A stretch of 64,000 bases of DNA from Octopus vulgaris (lineage: Eukaryota): assembly GCA_951406725.2 (NCBI GenBank), contig OX597825.1, positions 57,598,001 to 57,662,000 of the forward strand. Reading direction: 5' to 3'. Positions within the stretch are counted from its first letter, which is position 1, and each line of letters opens with the position of its first letter. This document shows positions 39,136-54,519 of the stretch, in pieces. The notes under the pieces are model-generated. The model did not search any database. It was given only the letters and a program-made list of their open reading frames with translations, and was not told where the DNA came from. Made by a program: the position numbers and the translations under genes.

Positions 39136-39690
39136 CAGGGTCAGGCAAAATGATCTGATACATTTGTAGGTTAAATAAAAGGCATTGTTTTTCGTTTCTT
39201 TTTCAGTTGCTGTCATGAATTGGACTGGTGAGCATCGCGCTTTCATTGTGGAAACGTTTATCAAAACAAACGATTCTGTAACTGCAACACAGAGAGCGTT
39301 CCGTTTGCACTTCAATCTTGGTAGACATGATCCCGTACCAGCTCGAAACACGATCTTGTTATGGGTTACCAACTTCAGAGCTACTGGATCTGCATTGAAA
39401 CGAAAATCAACCGGCCGACCTCGCACCGCCAGAACTTAAAGATGCAATTCGTCAAGAAATTACTGCCATTCCACATGAAATGACCCGCCGAGTTATTGAC
39501 AACTTTCGCGAACGCCTTCGACAGAGTGTGGACAATAATGGATCCCATTTGACTGATTTAATTTTTAAAACATAATGAAACAAAATGGCATTATATGTAC
39601 TTTTCAAAAATAAAAACACTTTTTTGTTTCTTTACTTCATTTGCCTTTTATTTAACCTACAAATGTGTCAGATCATTTTGCCTGACCCTG
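39136..39690 (+). mobile_element. Young internally deleted Tc1/mariner-superfamily element (555 bp)
   Basis: 49-bp TIRs CAGGGTCAGGCAAAATGATCTGA.. with one mismatch, TA TSD. Intact N-terminal HTH (TQRAFR.HF..P.RNTI..WV.NF..TGS..GRPR) joined to the C-terminus (LKDAIRQEI..IP..GSHL), with the catalytic domain deleted. Confidence 0.93.
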
Positions 39691-39777
39691 TATATGTGTG
39701 TCAGTATGGCAATGCACGAAATTCTCGGCCCATGAGTCACTCTATAATCTCAGCCGATTGTTAATAATAAATTCCGT

Positions 39778-40040
39778 CAAATTAGACTTTGTTTTTCATC
39801 CTTTTGGGGTCGATGAAGTAAGTGCAGGTTGAGCACTGGGGTCGATATAACCGACTAGCCTACTCTCGCAAAATTTCAGGCCTTGTGCCTATTGTCTGAA
39901 AGATTTATCTTTTATCTTTTATTTGCATAAGACATAAGGCTGCAGCCATGCTGAAGCACTACCTTGGAGAATTTTGGTCGAACCGGATCAACCCAGATAT
40001 TTACTTTCTATAAAGCCTTGTACTTATTCTATCGGTCTAT
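39778..40040. mobile_element. Adjacent degenerate SINE B (+) and SINE A (-) 3' fragments
   Basis: TTTCATCCTTTTGGGGTCGAT..GGCCTTGTGCC, then GCCATGCTGAAGCAC..GTACTTATTCTATCGGTCT. Confidence 0.65.
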
Positions 40041-40170
40041 CCTCCTCCTCCTCCCACTCCTCCTCCTCCTCCTCCTCCTCCTCCTCCTCCTCCTCCTCCC
40101 CCTCATCATCATCATCACGAAATTCTCGGCCCATGAGTCACTCTATAATCTCAGCCGATTGTTATTGTTA

Positions 40171-40208
<38 letters not shown>

Positions 40209-40218
40209 GTTATTTTTA

Positions 40219-40665
40219 TTGAGTGAGAGAGCAGTGCATGCCATCAAAGTGATACTGGGGTAAAATATACAAAGCCCACTATATCCATCGTGACTACCTG
40301 TCTGATAAGGGCACACCAGGCACATGCATCACAACAATATGTGCATGACATGGTGATCTCATATCAAGATGAACAGCACATGACCTTGCAGGTGGGGCCC
40401 AGTTAGAATTTTCTTCTGGTCGAGTAGCCCATCCCACTCAAAAGGTCTTTGAATAAGGGTTGTTTAAGGATGTTAAACGAACCACTCATGTTTCCAGAGG
40501 TGAATTATTCAAACCCCAAAGAAATCCTCTCAACATACGGCTATGATGTTCCCCCACTTCTGCTTGTGATCAGAGATGCACATATCGTCAGCCACTAAGG
40601 GACTTGGTCAACTGGTTAAGGTCAAACAACTGACAAGCAAATCTGTGGTATTGAGCAGAATATTT
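40219..40665 (-). mobile_element. Non-coding (TAA)n-associated retroposon, 5'-truncated
   Basis: Close copy of 40792-41240. Confidence 0.85.
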
Positions 40666-40731
40666 TCCTCCTCCTCCCCCTCATCATCATCATCATCATC
40701 ATCATTATTATTATTATTATTGTTATTGTTA

Positions 40732-40791
<60 letters not shown>

Positions 40792-40793
<2 letters not shown>

Positions 40794-41384
40794 GAGTGAG
40801 AGAGCAGTTCATGCCATCAAAGTGACACTGGGGTAAAATATACGAAGCCCAATATACCCATCATGACTACCCGTCTGATAAAGGTACACCAGGCACATGC
40901 ATCACAACCATATGTGCGCGACATGGTGATCTCATATCAAGATAAACAGCACATGACCTTGAAGGTGGGGCCCAGTTAGAATTTTCTTCAAGTTGAGTAG
41001 CCCATCCCGCTCAAACGGTCCCTGAATAAGGGTTGTTTAAGGATGTTGAAAGAACCACCCATGTTTCTAGAGGTGAACTATTCAAACCCCAAAGAAATCC
41101 TCTCAACATACGGCTATGATGTTCCCCCACTTCTGCTTGTGATCAGAGATGCACATATCGTCAGCCACTGAGGGACATGCTCAACTGGTTAAGGTCAAAC
41201 AACTGACAAGCAAATCTGTGGTATTGAGCAGAATATTTGCTGTAGCCCATCTTTTATACCAAGACAAAACAATGTACATGATAGCACTTCCAATCAGTTA
41301 AGATCAGAAGCCATGAGAGCCACCGCCTGGTACTGCATCAGGGCATTTATTACTGCATCAGGGCATTTATACTGCATCAGGGCA
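40792..41384 (-). mobile_element. Non-coding (TAA)n-associated retroposon, longest copy
   Basis: Flanked by (TTA)n on both sides. TACTGCATCAGGGCATT is triplicated at one end. Confidence 0.85.
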
Positions 41385-41420
41385 TTATTATTATTATTAT
41401 TACTATTGTTATTATTATTA

Positions 41421-43576
<2,156 letters not shown>

Positions 43577-43885
43577 TGTTGTAATCATTAATATATATAT
43601 ATGTATACCTACATATACATACACATACACATACAGACACACACACACACATATAAAACTCATTTTATTAAGATGATAAAGATTACAAATAAAATAGTCA
43701 TTTCTTCCATTAAAAATATATCTTTTTCCTTGCATGTGCTGTAGACTTGAAAGATAGAAATTATCCCTATATTTTTATGAGATATTTTTGAATCACAGGT
43801 ATTTGATATATTTATTTTTTCTTAAAGGGGAAAATTACTGTTTTATTTAAAATAAAATATTAATCTTTATCATCTTAATCAAAAA

Positions 43886-44580
43886 GCAGAACAACTGACA
43901 GAGAAGCTATCTCTTTATAGACGAATGGAAAAGTGTTGCAATGGAAAAGTGTTGAATCTCAGAATAGAAAAAAACAATCAACAATAAATGGGTTGTACCG
44001 TATAATGAAACTCTTTTAAGAGCATTCAAATGCCACTGCAACGTTGAAATTGTTGCTTCAGTGAGGTCAGTTAAGTACATCCTGAAGTATACACTGAATG
44101 GAAATTACCAAGTTGGAATGATAACGAAATATGATAATATCTAATGGGTAGGTAAACTGGACCATCCGAAGCAGATTTTCAGAGTACCTGCAATAGTGAG
44201 ACTGCAAGTTCATCTACCAAATGAACAAATAATAGTGCTCAGAAATTATGAGGATATATATAGATGTCAAAGAGCGACATATGAGAACAACATTGACAGA
44301 ATTCTTTTCATTGTGCATCAATGATGACTTTGCAAATACATTACTTTTTGTTGAAGTATCCATGTATTTCCCTTGGAAAAATAGTAACAAAGAATGGCAA
44401 AGAAAAATGTGAGGAAAAAAGTTGAAGGTCATTTGAACGTTTTTAAAGAAGAAACACTTACTCGTGTTATGTTGCCTTACCAAGGGCAGGAGAACTGTAT
44501 TATTTAAGAATTTTATTGCATGAAATTCAAGATAGTACTTTTTCCTTTCCCGCTGTGCATAGACATTTTCAACTTGGAGT
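43886..44580 (+). pseudogene. Helitron Rep/helicase remnant
   Basis: WVVPYNETLLRAFKCHCNVEIVASVRSVKYILKY, VRLQVHLPNEQ, TTLTEFFSLC..DDFA..LL, ELYYLRILL. Confidence 0.88.
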
Positions 44581-44607
44581 GGTTGTGACCCAATGGGTCA
44601 CGGCGGG

Positions 44608-44697
44608 TAGACACTTGCCCAAGGTGCCATGCACTGGGACTGAACCAGGAACCATTTGGCTGGGAAGCATGCTTCTTACCACACAGTCGCGCCTGTG
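44608..44697 (-). mobile_element. SINE family A head
   Basis: AGACACTTGCCCAAGGTGCCATGCACTGGGACTGAACC..CTTACCACACAG. Confidence 0.8.
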
Positions 44698-44737
44698 CCT
44701 ATATATATACAAAACAGAGTAAATAAGTGCGCAATAC

Positions 44738-44812
<75 letters not shown>

Positions 44813-44815
44813 CAT

Positions 44816-44990
44816 ATTTCTTTACTACCCACAAGGGGCTAAACACAGAGAGGACAAACAAGGACAGATAAACGGATTAAGTTGATTATATCGACCCCAG
44901 TGCATAACTGGTACTTATTTAATCGACTTCGAAAGGACGAAAGGCAAAGTCGACCTCGACGGAATTTGAACTCAGAACGTAGCGGCAGAC
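44816..44990 (-). mobile_element. SINE family B lacking 5' head
   Basis: Begins at GTCTGCCGCTACG, close to the dimer junction point. Confidence 0.88.
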
Positions 44991-45003
44991 ACATATATAT
45001 ATA

Positions 45004-46530
45004 CAGTCCACCATCGTTATACCGCTACCAACGGGACCATGACAAATGACGGTTTAACGCGGGTGGCGGTAAATTGAGGGAGGATTTCTGCAGTAGATAT
45101 AAAGCCAATCATATAGTAAATATTTTTTATAACACAGTAGCGTAGCTAACTTTTGGAAAGTGGGGAATGGGAAAAACCAGATTTTTGAAGTGTAAACAAA
45201 ATTTTCATATAAAAACTTCAAAAAGAAAGGGATGAAGCTGGAATTTGAGAAGGGAAGGAAAAAGAAGACATTGTTCTTCTTGCCCGTCTCCCCTCCTCTC
45301 TGCTAGTTGCTCCCCTGTTATAACATCAATTATAATCTGATGTGATTATCTTTCAGATTTTAGTTGAAATATTTTAACAAATGTTTCATTGTTGAGCAAA
45401 TAAAGTTTAATGATAAACAATAAAGAACCCAAATGATTTTAAAAAATCATTTCGTGAAAAAATCTAACATTTTTTGCTTATATTTCGAATTTTTAATAGC
45501 ATTAAAACGTTTTTCTAATTTTTCTAAAAGTAATTAATCTTCGGTAGTCATATCTTCTGCTTCTATCGAATCACGAAGAAGATTCAGAGCTTTACTTATA
45601 TCTTTAGTTGTAGGTTTAGATTTTGGTGCGGGTTCCTTGTCATCACTTTGTTCTAGCGGTTTTAGCGAGTCAATAATTTCTTGATCGGTCATCTCAGCAA
45701 AAGTTTTTTTTATCGTCATCGAAGCTAATGAACTCATCTGCAGTCATCACCAATGAAGGGTCAGTATTAAGTTTAGTAGCAGTTTGTTTAATCAGTTCAG
45801 CTAGTGGTATATTGATGTCGTCATCACCGTTTTCAACTTCTGTCTGTGCTTTCGGGTTTATGGGTGAGACCAGTGTAGTGCCAGCAGTTAGAAATAGCAG
45901 ATAATGTCACAGAATCCCAAGATTCTTTGACGTATCGAATAGCATCAGTGATGTTATAAGTACCGCTTTCGTCTAGTTGAGTGATTACCTGGTCTAGCTG
46001 ATGCCGTTTGTAGTTAGATTTGAAGTTGTGAATTATTCCGGCGTCTAGGGGTTGTAGGTGGCACATTGTTGTTGGTGGAAGAAAGTGAATTTCTACGTTG
46101 GTGTGTTTATCGGGTATGTCGTGTCTAAGGGCATTGTCCATTATCAGCAAAAGTTTTCGTCGCTGAAGGCGCATTTTCTTATCAATAGCTATCATCCAGC
46201 TTCTCAACGTATTTGAGTTCATGGAAGCTTTGCTATTGTAGTCGTAATCTATATAAAGTTTGTCTTTGAAATTCTTAAAACATCGGAGTTTGGACACTTT
46301 TCGTAGATTTTCGCAGACATCAGCATTACCAGCATTACAAGCTAGCGCCACTGTATTTCTTCTTGCTTTTTGACACCTTTGGTAAAAGTTTTGTAGTAAG
46401 CGATTTATTAGGTAATTGGCGAAAAGTAAACTCGTTTCATCGATATTAAAAATATTTCTTGGTTTAAATGTCTTCTTTTTCTCTTTAACACGCTGTAAAC
46501 CAGCAGTAATGAGTTGTTGCATGGTTCCAA
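45004..46530 (-). mobile_element. pogo/Tigger-type DNA transposon remnant
   Basis: TA|CAGTCCACCATCGTTATACCG terminus. IFNIDETSL, LLIMDNA..H, FLPP.T..HLQPLDAGII..FK with 30 residues between the last two Asp. Confidence 0.88.
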
Positions 46531-47204
46531 CTGTTGAATTGCCGGATATGGATAGCCGGATTACACACGATGTGGTTAAGATTTCTGTCAAAGCAGGACG
46601 TAGTTTTAGGAGAGGACAGGACATGGATTTACACGGATGCGGAATTGGGAAAGTTAATAAAAGGGGTGGTGGCAATGGTGATGGTGGTGGTGATGAAGCG
46701 AAACGAAAAATTACAATGTTGATTTTTATCAGTAAAGGATTGGACTAGGTTCGGAGTGACAGATTGTCGATAAAGGATTGGAATGAGAGATAAGAGGATT
46801 CTGAGACGGAAGGAAAATGAAAGGTAGGCGATGTGGTTAAGTTGATGCATTAGATTCTAGAAATAGTCTTTAATTATTGAAATTGACATCAGCACATCTA
46901 ATAGAGCAGAGAGGAAGTGTGAGAGATGAGAAATCACACACAAAAAAACTTCTTAAACAGAAACAAGATAACAAATATGGCCTCTCACAGGAAGTTGACT
47001 GTTGATTACTAATTATTAACATCAGCAACTCATTTTCATATATGTATGTAATATGTTTCGTATGTAATACGTACGTACGTACGTGCGTGCGTATGTATGT
47101 ATGTATGTATGTATGTATGTATGTATGTATGTATGTATGTATGTATGTATGTATGTATGTATGTATGAGTGCGTATATCTATGTGCACGAGTATTCTGAT
47201 ATCT

Positions 47205-47261
<57 letters not shown>

Positions 47262-47268
47262 CATACAT

Positions 47269-47303
<35 letters not shown>

Positions 47304-47338
47304 CATGCATATATATATATATATTTATATATGTATAC

Positions 47339-47470
<132 letters not shown>

Positions 47471-47479
47471 GGTGCTGTG

Positions 47480-48990
47480 TTTTCGTCAGACGTAACTTCG
47501 TCAAGCGTCTTTTTGTCCACGTCTTTTGGTCGGACGACTTTTTGTCCGATGATTTTCTGGTCCAACGACTTTTTGGCCAATTTCAAATAAACTCTTTAGA
47601 ATACAAGCTGAAATATCTTTAATGATATAACGAGCCTCGTTATAGGATTGTTATTATCGTTCTTTTTACTTCTCTCTCTTAAGTATGGTGCTGTGTATAC
47701 CGAGTGCTGCACATTTAGTGTACGCATCTGTAATTTACCCAACCCGAAATGACAAAGTTCATGGTATCGACCAAAAATAAAGAAAAGTAGTTGATGAAAG
47801 TAATAACATCTACGATTTTCATTCAAGCAATACAAAACTAAGAAAAGAAGGCTGGAGGTGTGAGAAAAGAAGGCTGTGTTCAGTGCGAATTCACACAGTA
47901 TCAGAAAACAATGAGTCGAAAATTATTTATTTTTCTAGTTAGCACCTTCATCATTAAATGCTAGAAAAGTAGTTGCAGAAATAAAGTTGGAAGCGGTGGA
48001 AAACATAGCAGCAAGTTCGCGTAGCATAATAGCAGCTAAGTTTATGCAGCGAACAGAAAATACTTGCTCACAACTTCCTCGTTTGCCTGTACTTTTCAAG
48101 GAATATTAAAAGGTGCCAACAAAAAAATTCTGGATTTCCCGCTAATCCAGGGAATAGAACTGGTTTTGAAATACCTGAAGAATACTGTAGTGAAGGTGCA
48201 TGGCTCAGTGGTTAGAGCGTCGAGCTTACGATCGTGAGGTTGTGAGCTCGAATCCCGGACCGGGCTGCGTGTTGTGTTCTTGAGCAAGGCACTTTATTTC
48301 ACGTTGATCCAGTTCACTCAGCTGTAGAAATGAGTTGCGACGTCACTGGTGCCAAGCTGTATCGACCTTTGTCTTTCCCTTGGATAACACTGGTAGCGTG
48401 AAGAGGGGAGGCTGGTATATATGGGCGACTGCTGGTCTTCCATAAACAACCTTGCCCGGACTTGTGTCTTGGAGGGTAACTTTCTAGGTGCAATCCCATG
48501 GTCATTCATGACCGAAGGTGGTCTTTACCCTTTACTGTAGAGTTGATAATGGCGAACAGTTTCTGAGATACAATTTGAGTATCGAGGACCAACAGCGAAT
48601 ACTAATATTTGTATCAGAAAGTGCTCTTCAGGATATAGCATCATATTGTCATTGGGCATGTAATGAAACGTTCAAAAATGTACCTGCGCAGAGGTTTCAA
48701 CTGTTTAGCATTCATGTACAAGTTAAAGGTTGCAGTTTTCCAAGAGTTTTTGCATTACTACAGAATAAAACAGACATACGAATTATTTTTCGAGCAACTG
48801 AAAATTATGCAACCTAATGCATATCCGCTTGCTCTCATGGCAGATTTCGAAGTTGCAGTTCATAAGGATATTTAATTCCTCATACCCTAAATCATCCATC
48901 GTGACATGTTTGTTTCATTTGAGACAATCAGTATTTCGAAAAGTTAGATTTAGGCCTCAAAGAAAAATACAATAAAGACTCTGAATTAAC
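47480..48990 (+). mobile_element. MULE (Mutator-like) transposase remnant with subterminal short repeats
   Basis: About 15-bp repeats GACTTTTTGTCC at 47505-47580. WRCEKR (FLYWCH-like), RILIF.S, W..NETFK.VP..FQL..IH, MADFE, CLFHL.QS. Confidence 0.85.
48192..48532 (+). mobile_element. SINE with family C-like head and a distinct tail, inserted in the MULE
   Basis: A/B boxes TGGCTCAGTGG / GAGCTCGAATCCC. TSD TACTGTAG on both sides. Confidence 0.88.
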
Positions 48991-49122
48991 ACCAATTCCT
49001 CAATTAACAAATTTATATTTTCCTCTTTTTGATTTCTCTATCTGAAACTTAATTATTACAGGACAGTAAAACATATTTTAATTAGTGAAAAATATACGTA
49101 CATATCTAAAATCACTGTAGGC

Positions 49123-49191
<69 letters not shown>

Positions 49192-49405
49192 TACACCCAC
49201 ATGTACACATATATCTACAGAAAAAAATTGAACAAAATTATATGTGCCTCAATAACAAAAGAATATGCACATTTTCTCTATGCAGTCATTAAAAAATATA
49301 AAGCAGTAAAAAGTAAACATGGTACTATGAAAGAAGGCGTGAAGGGTTAACAGCTTTACCTTCGTATGACCATTTAATCCTTCTCAATGTTTCAGTGCTA
49401 ACATT

Positions 49406-50005
49406 GGTTTCAAATTTGGGCACAGTGTCAGTAATTTCAGGGCAGGGGTTAAGTCAATTGCATCGGCTCAAGTGCTCAAATGGTACTTATTTTATCAGCC
49501 TCGAAAGGATGAAAGGCAAAGTCGACTTCAGCGGACTTTGAACAGAGAACCTTAAGTTGGACGAAATACCGCTAAGCGTTTTGTTCGGTGTGCTAAGGAT
49601 TCTTATTTCTTTATTGCCCACAAGGGGCTAAACATAGAGCGGACAAACAAGGACAAAGGGATTAAGTCGATTCCCTGTGCGTAACTGGTACTTATTTAAT
49701 CGAATCCGAAAGGATGAAAGGCAAAGTCGACCTCGGCGGAATTTGAACTCAGAACGTAGCGGCAGACGAAATACCTATTTCTTTACTACCCACAAGGGGC
49801 TAAACACAGAGAGAACAAACAAGGACAGACAAACGGTTTAAGTCGATTATATCGACCCCAATGCGTAACTGGTACTTATTTAATCGACCCCGAAAGGATG
49901 AAAGGCAAAGTCGACCTCAGCGGAATTTGAACTCAGAACGTAGCGGCAGACGAAATACCGTTAAGCATTTCGCCCGGCGTGCTAACGATTCTGCCAGCTC
50001 GCCGC
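49406..50005 (-). mobile_element. SINE family B composite (full + headless + older copy)
   Basis: Three tandem central domains. Flanking AG(T/C)GCTAACATT at 49394-49405 and 50014-50025. Confidence 0.9.
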
Positions 50006-50925
50006 TTTTTTTTAGCGCTAACATTAATATTGCTTGACTCTCATATTTTGTCCAACATTTGTATCTTTTATTGAAACTCGCTTTAAGGCAGGAGTTATTT
50101 TACGAAGGCTTTTAATCTACGGATTCCTCTACAATCTGTTGTTAACATCGATCATAAAGGAATCCGTAGTTCACTATCTGAACTAGAAAATAGTTCTGAT
50201 AATTCCTTACGGTAAGAATCACATTAAATAGTAAGCAATATATTCTAAATATCCTCTTCTTTAACACCTTGAAATCCCACATCCAACGTCACAGGTTTGA
50301 TACAGACTGTTATATCCTCGATCCTATATTCCTCCTTGTATATATTTGATCGCAATTTTTCTCAAATCTCATTGAAACTTGAATTTCTAACTTCCTCCCA
50401 AGCCTCTTGTTCGTTCGCTCGTTCGTTCGTTCGTCAGTCTGTTAGTGAGGTAGATAGAAAGATAGATAGATAGATTGTTAGATAGCTAGCTAGCTAAACA
50501 GATAGATAGATAAACAGGCAAATGAAAATGAGACGATATTTTTTGTATTTGAGAAAATGCTGTCTAATAATCAAAGCAGATTGAAGACGACTATGCTTCA
50601 CTGAAACGATCAGAACATGTCTGGAGATGTCATGGCACCTCCTAAAAATATCATATTTAACCCCCAAAGTATGACAGGTAAAAAGAGTGCAATTAAAAAA
50701 ATAAATAGGTAATACCGATTGAGATAATTTTACTGATTTTAAGTTCACACTTTCATTTCTATTAACTGATTACTCTTACTTCTGCTTCCGGCTTAGCTCT
50801 ACCTATATCTATCTACGAATACCTGGAAGTGTCACTTTCATGCTTGTATAATTAATTCCATACTCTAAGAAACCTCATAATGTTAAAATCTTTGACACGG
50901 ACCACGTTAATGTGAGAGTATACCG

Positions 50926-51251
50926 ACCTACCTACCTACCTACCTACCTACCTACCTACCTACCTACCTACCTACCTACCTACCTACCTACCTACCTACC
51001 TACCTACCTACCTACCTACCTACCTACCTACCTACATACATACACACATACATACATACATACATGCATACATACATGCATGCATACATACCTACCTACC
51101 TACCTACCTACATACATACATACCTAACTACCAACTTAACTACCTACCTACCTACATACATACATACATACATACATACATACATACCTACCTACATACA
51201 TACACACACACATACATACATACATACATACATACATGCATACATATAGGC

Positions 51252-51282
<31 letters not shown>

Positions 51283-51336
51283 CATACATACATACATACA
51301 TACATACATACATACATACATACATACATACATACA
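50926..51336. repeat. Compound (CCTA)n/(CATA)n microsatellite
   Basis: Directly visible. Confidence 0.95.
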
Positions 51337-51915
51337 TGTAAAAGTCTTTTGGCTTCAAAGCAAAGAACTCTGAAATGTCAGTTTCGATCTCCTCCTGGCT
51401 TGCGAAAGTTATATCTCCCAAATGATTCTGTAAACTACGAAATAAATGGTAGTCTGAAGGAGGTAGGTCGGGAGAATAAGGTGGATGAGGAATTTTTTCC
51501 CGACCAAGCTCTTCGATCTTCTGTGATGTGATCTTTGCAGTGTGGGGTTGCGCATTATCCTGATGAAACATCACTCCTTTTCGATTCACTAAAGCGGGTC
51601 TTTTTTTCTTCAAAGCTTGGTTCAAACGCTCTTATTGCTGACAGTAGACTTGAGCATTGATTGTTGCAATAAGTGATAACAAATCAAAGTGAATTACTCC
51701 TTTGCAATCCCACCAGATAGAGAGAAGAACTTTTTTTCCATGAAGTTCCCTTCTCGGTTGTGCTTGAGCTTTTTCCCTTTTACCAAGCCACTGTTTACGA
51801 CGTTTAACATATCGATAGATGATGCATTTTCCGTCATCAGTCACAAGTCTATCCAAAAAAGGTGAAATGAGTTCGCAAGAATGGAGCGAAGAGCAGATGT
51901 CAACTCGGGATTTCT
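51337..51915 (-). pseudogene. mariner (DD34D) transposase catalytic region
   Basis: KKVLLSIWWD.KG, HQDNAQPH..HPPYSPDLPPSDYHLF with 34-residue spacing. Confidence 0.93.
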
Positions 51916-51929
51916 CACCCTCATAAATA

Positions 51930-52045
51930 AACTGGACAGACTTTTTGAGATTACTGCATGAAATTTGGCAAGAAATTCCTCAAAAGAATATTCGTCATCT
52001 GATCAGCATGCCTAATAGGGTCTTTGCACAGAAAAATACAAAGGG
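51930..52045 (+). pseudogene. Tc1 transposase extreme C-terminus
   Basis: WQEIPQKNIRHLISMPNRV....KGMSTKY*. Confidence 0.7.
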
Positions 52046-52254
52046 CATGTCTACTAAATATTAGATATTCACATAATAATAATTAATGAGTAATTTGAAT
52101 GCATAATTTCAGATCTGGATCAACTTTAGCGATTATAAGGGAATATCTATTTACTTCTGTCATGTCTGTGTTTATAGATACACGCATATATGTATATACA
52201 TACATACATACATACAATACATAAATAAATATGAATATATATATATACAGGCAT

Positions 52255-52364
<110 letters not shown>

Positions 52365-52416
52365 GCTCCGTGTGGGCAGGCATCTAAACATTTTTGTGCA
52401 TCTTGATGCTGACATA

Positions 52417-52525
52417 AGTTCCTTACTTTTTCCTGATGAGAAGGCGGCATAATGCACCCCTTATTTCTTCGAAATTAGGAATATGCAGCCTTCGAAACAT
52501 ATGTCGAAAATAAAATAAAGGAATT
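52417..52525 (+). ncRNA. Type I hammerhead ribozyme, canonical core
   Basis: TTTTC-CTGATGA(52433-39)-GAAGGC.GCATA...TATGC.GCCTTC-GAAA(52494-97)-CATATG-TC-GAAAA. GUC site 52503-52505, distal stem I AGTTCCTT/AAGGAATT. Confidence 0.85.
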
Positions 52526-52552
52526 TTGTTAATTCGTCGTTCAACTCCATTC

Positions 52553-52598
<46 letters not shown>

Positions 52599-53559
52599 AC
52601 GTATATATACATACTTACAAACATACATATCTGTGTGTGTGTATGTATGTATGTATGTATATATGAGACACACACACACAACAACAACAACAACAGAATA
52701 TCTAACAAGTGCTGCGCTTCCGTCACGGAAGAATAAAACACAATGAAAGTATGGAAACAATTAATGTGACATATGAAACCTGTTTACGTTGCCGGCTGCT
52801 TCCTACTTCACCCTTTCATACACGCACACACACACTTTCACCCACACACAGAGCTATATGTATACATATACATACACATGAATGAATATGTGCATAAATA
52901 CAATCATATACATACTTATATACATACATACACGAACTACACCTACCTACATACATACGTACATATACATACATACATGCATACATACATACATACATAC
53001 ATACATACATACATACATACATACATACATACGTACATACATACATACATATATATATATATTTATATATACACACACACATATATTTATATAAACACAT
53101 ATACATATATATGTATATACATACGTTTATTCATACATACTTTACATATTCATGAACAATCCCTGGCACGCTCCCCGGTAGCACACTCCTCTTCATTCAT
53201 AATAATACAAAAGAAAATCCGTGTTACAATAGACTATGATTTGTTTTACAAACACAGACACACACATACACATACACACACATACGCATACACACACACG
53301 CACGCACACACAGTAGCACGCACACACATACATGCCTACTCAACACGCACACTTATGCGAAAATTGAAAGCATGCATTGTTTTAACTTATAAACCTCACA
53401 GGTGTGGGACATTCCCCACAATACACATCAATTAGAAAGGCTTTACAAGTGCCCAAGTGTTTCAGCTGATCACTCTCAATACCCAGCACATCAGCTGGTA
53501 CGAGATGTTAGAATTCTTTGCATTCCTCACACATATATGCATACATATATGTGTTTAAT

Positions 53560-53601
<42 letters not shown>

Positions 53602-53622
53602 CATATATATACATATATATAT

Positions 53623-53992
53623 ACTCTTTTACTCTTTTACTCTTTTACTTGTTTCAGTCATTTGACTGCGGCCATGCTGGAGCACCACCTTTTAGTACTT
53701 ATTCTATCGGTCTCTTTTTGCCGAACCGCTAAGTGACGGGGACGTAAACACACCAGCATCGGTTGTCAAGCAATGCTAGGGGGACAAACACAAACACAGA
53801 CACACAAACACACACACATATACATATATATACATATATACGACAGGCTTCTTTCAGTTTCCGTCTACCAAATCCACTCACAAGGCATTGGTCGGCCCGG
53901 GGCTATAGTAGAAGACACTTGCCCAAGATGCCACGCAGTGGGACTGAACCTGCAACCGTGTGGTTGGTTAGCAAGCTACTTACCACACAGCC
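53623..53992 (-). mobile_element. SINE family A, near full length
   Basis: Head, body and (TAAAAGAG)n tail. Confidence 0.92.
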
Positions 53993-53999
53993 ATATATG

Positions 54000-54036
<37 letters not shown>

Positions 54037-54072
54037 GTACACACATTCACACACACGCACACACACACACAC

Positions 54073-54117
<45 letters not shown>

Positions 54118-54519
54118 CTAGCTGACGTAAACGGTAATTCCCTGGAAAGCGGGGCTTATCCCTTGGTTCCGTTCTCATAATTGACTCGCTAATCCAATAA
54201 CAACAATACAAAGTATGTAGCCCTTAAAATGTTTTTTGTGCATTTACAGAGAATACCGAACTGTCTTACACAGGATCTTGTTTTTTGGAATTCTCAATAA
54301 TTTATGAATATCCAAATTGCGGTGTCATGTATGTAATAACATGAAATTAGTTACCCGATAGTAAGAATTCAAATAAAGTATCTCCGAATAAGGCTTTAAT
54401 GCGTCCTCAGTGTATACAGAACATAGGAGGAAATATTAAGAAGGTATGTATACTAAAATTGTGAAGCATGTAATGTAATAACAGACTAATCAGATATGAG
54501 ATAATAACAATTCTAAGTA

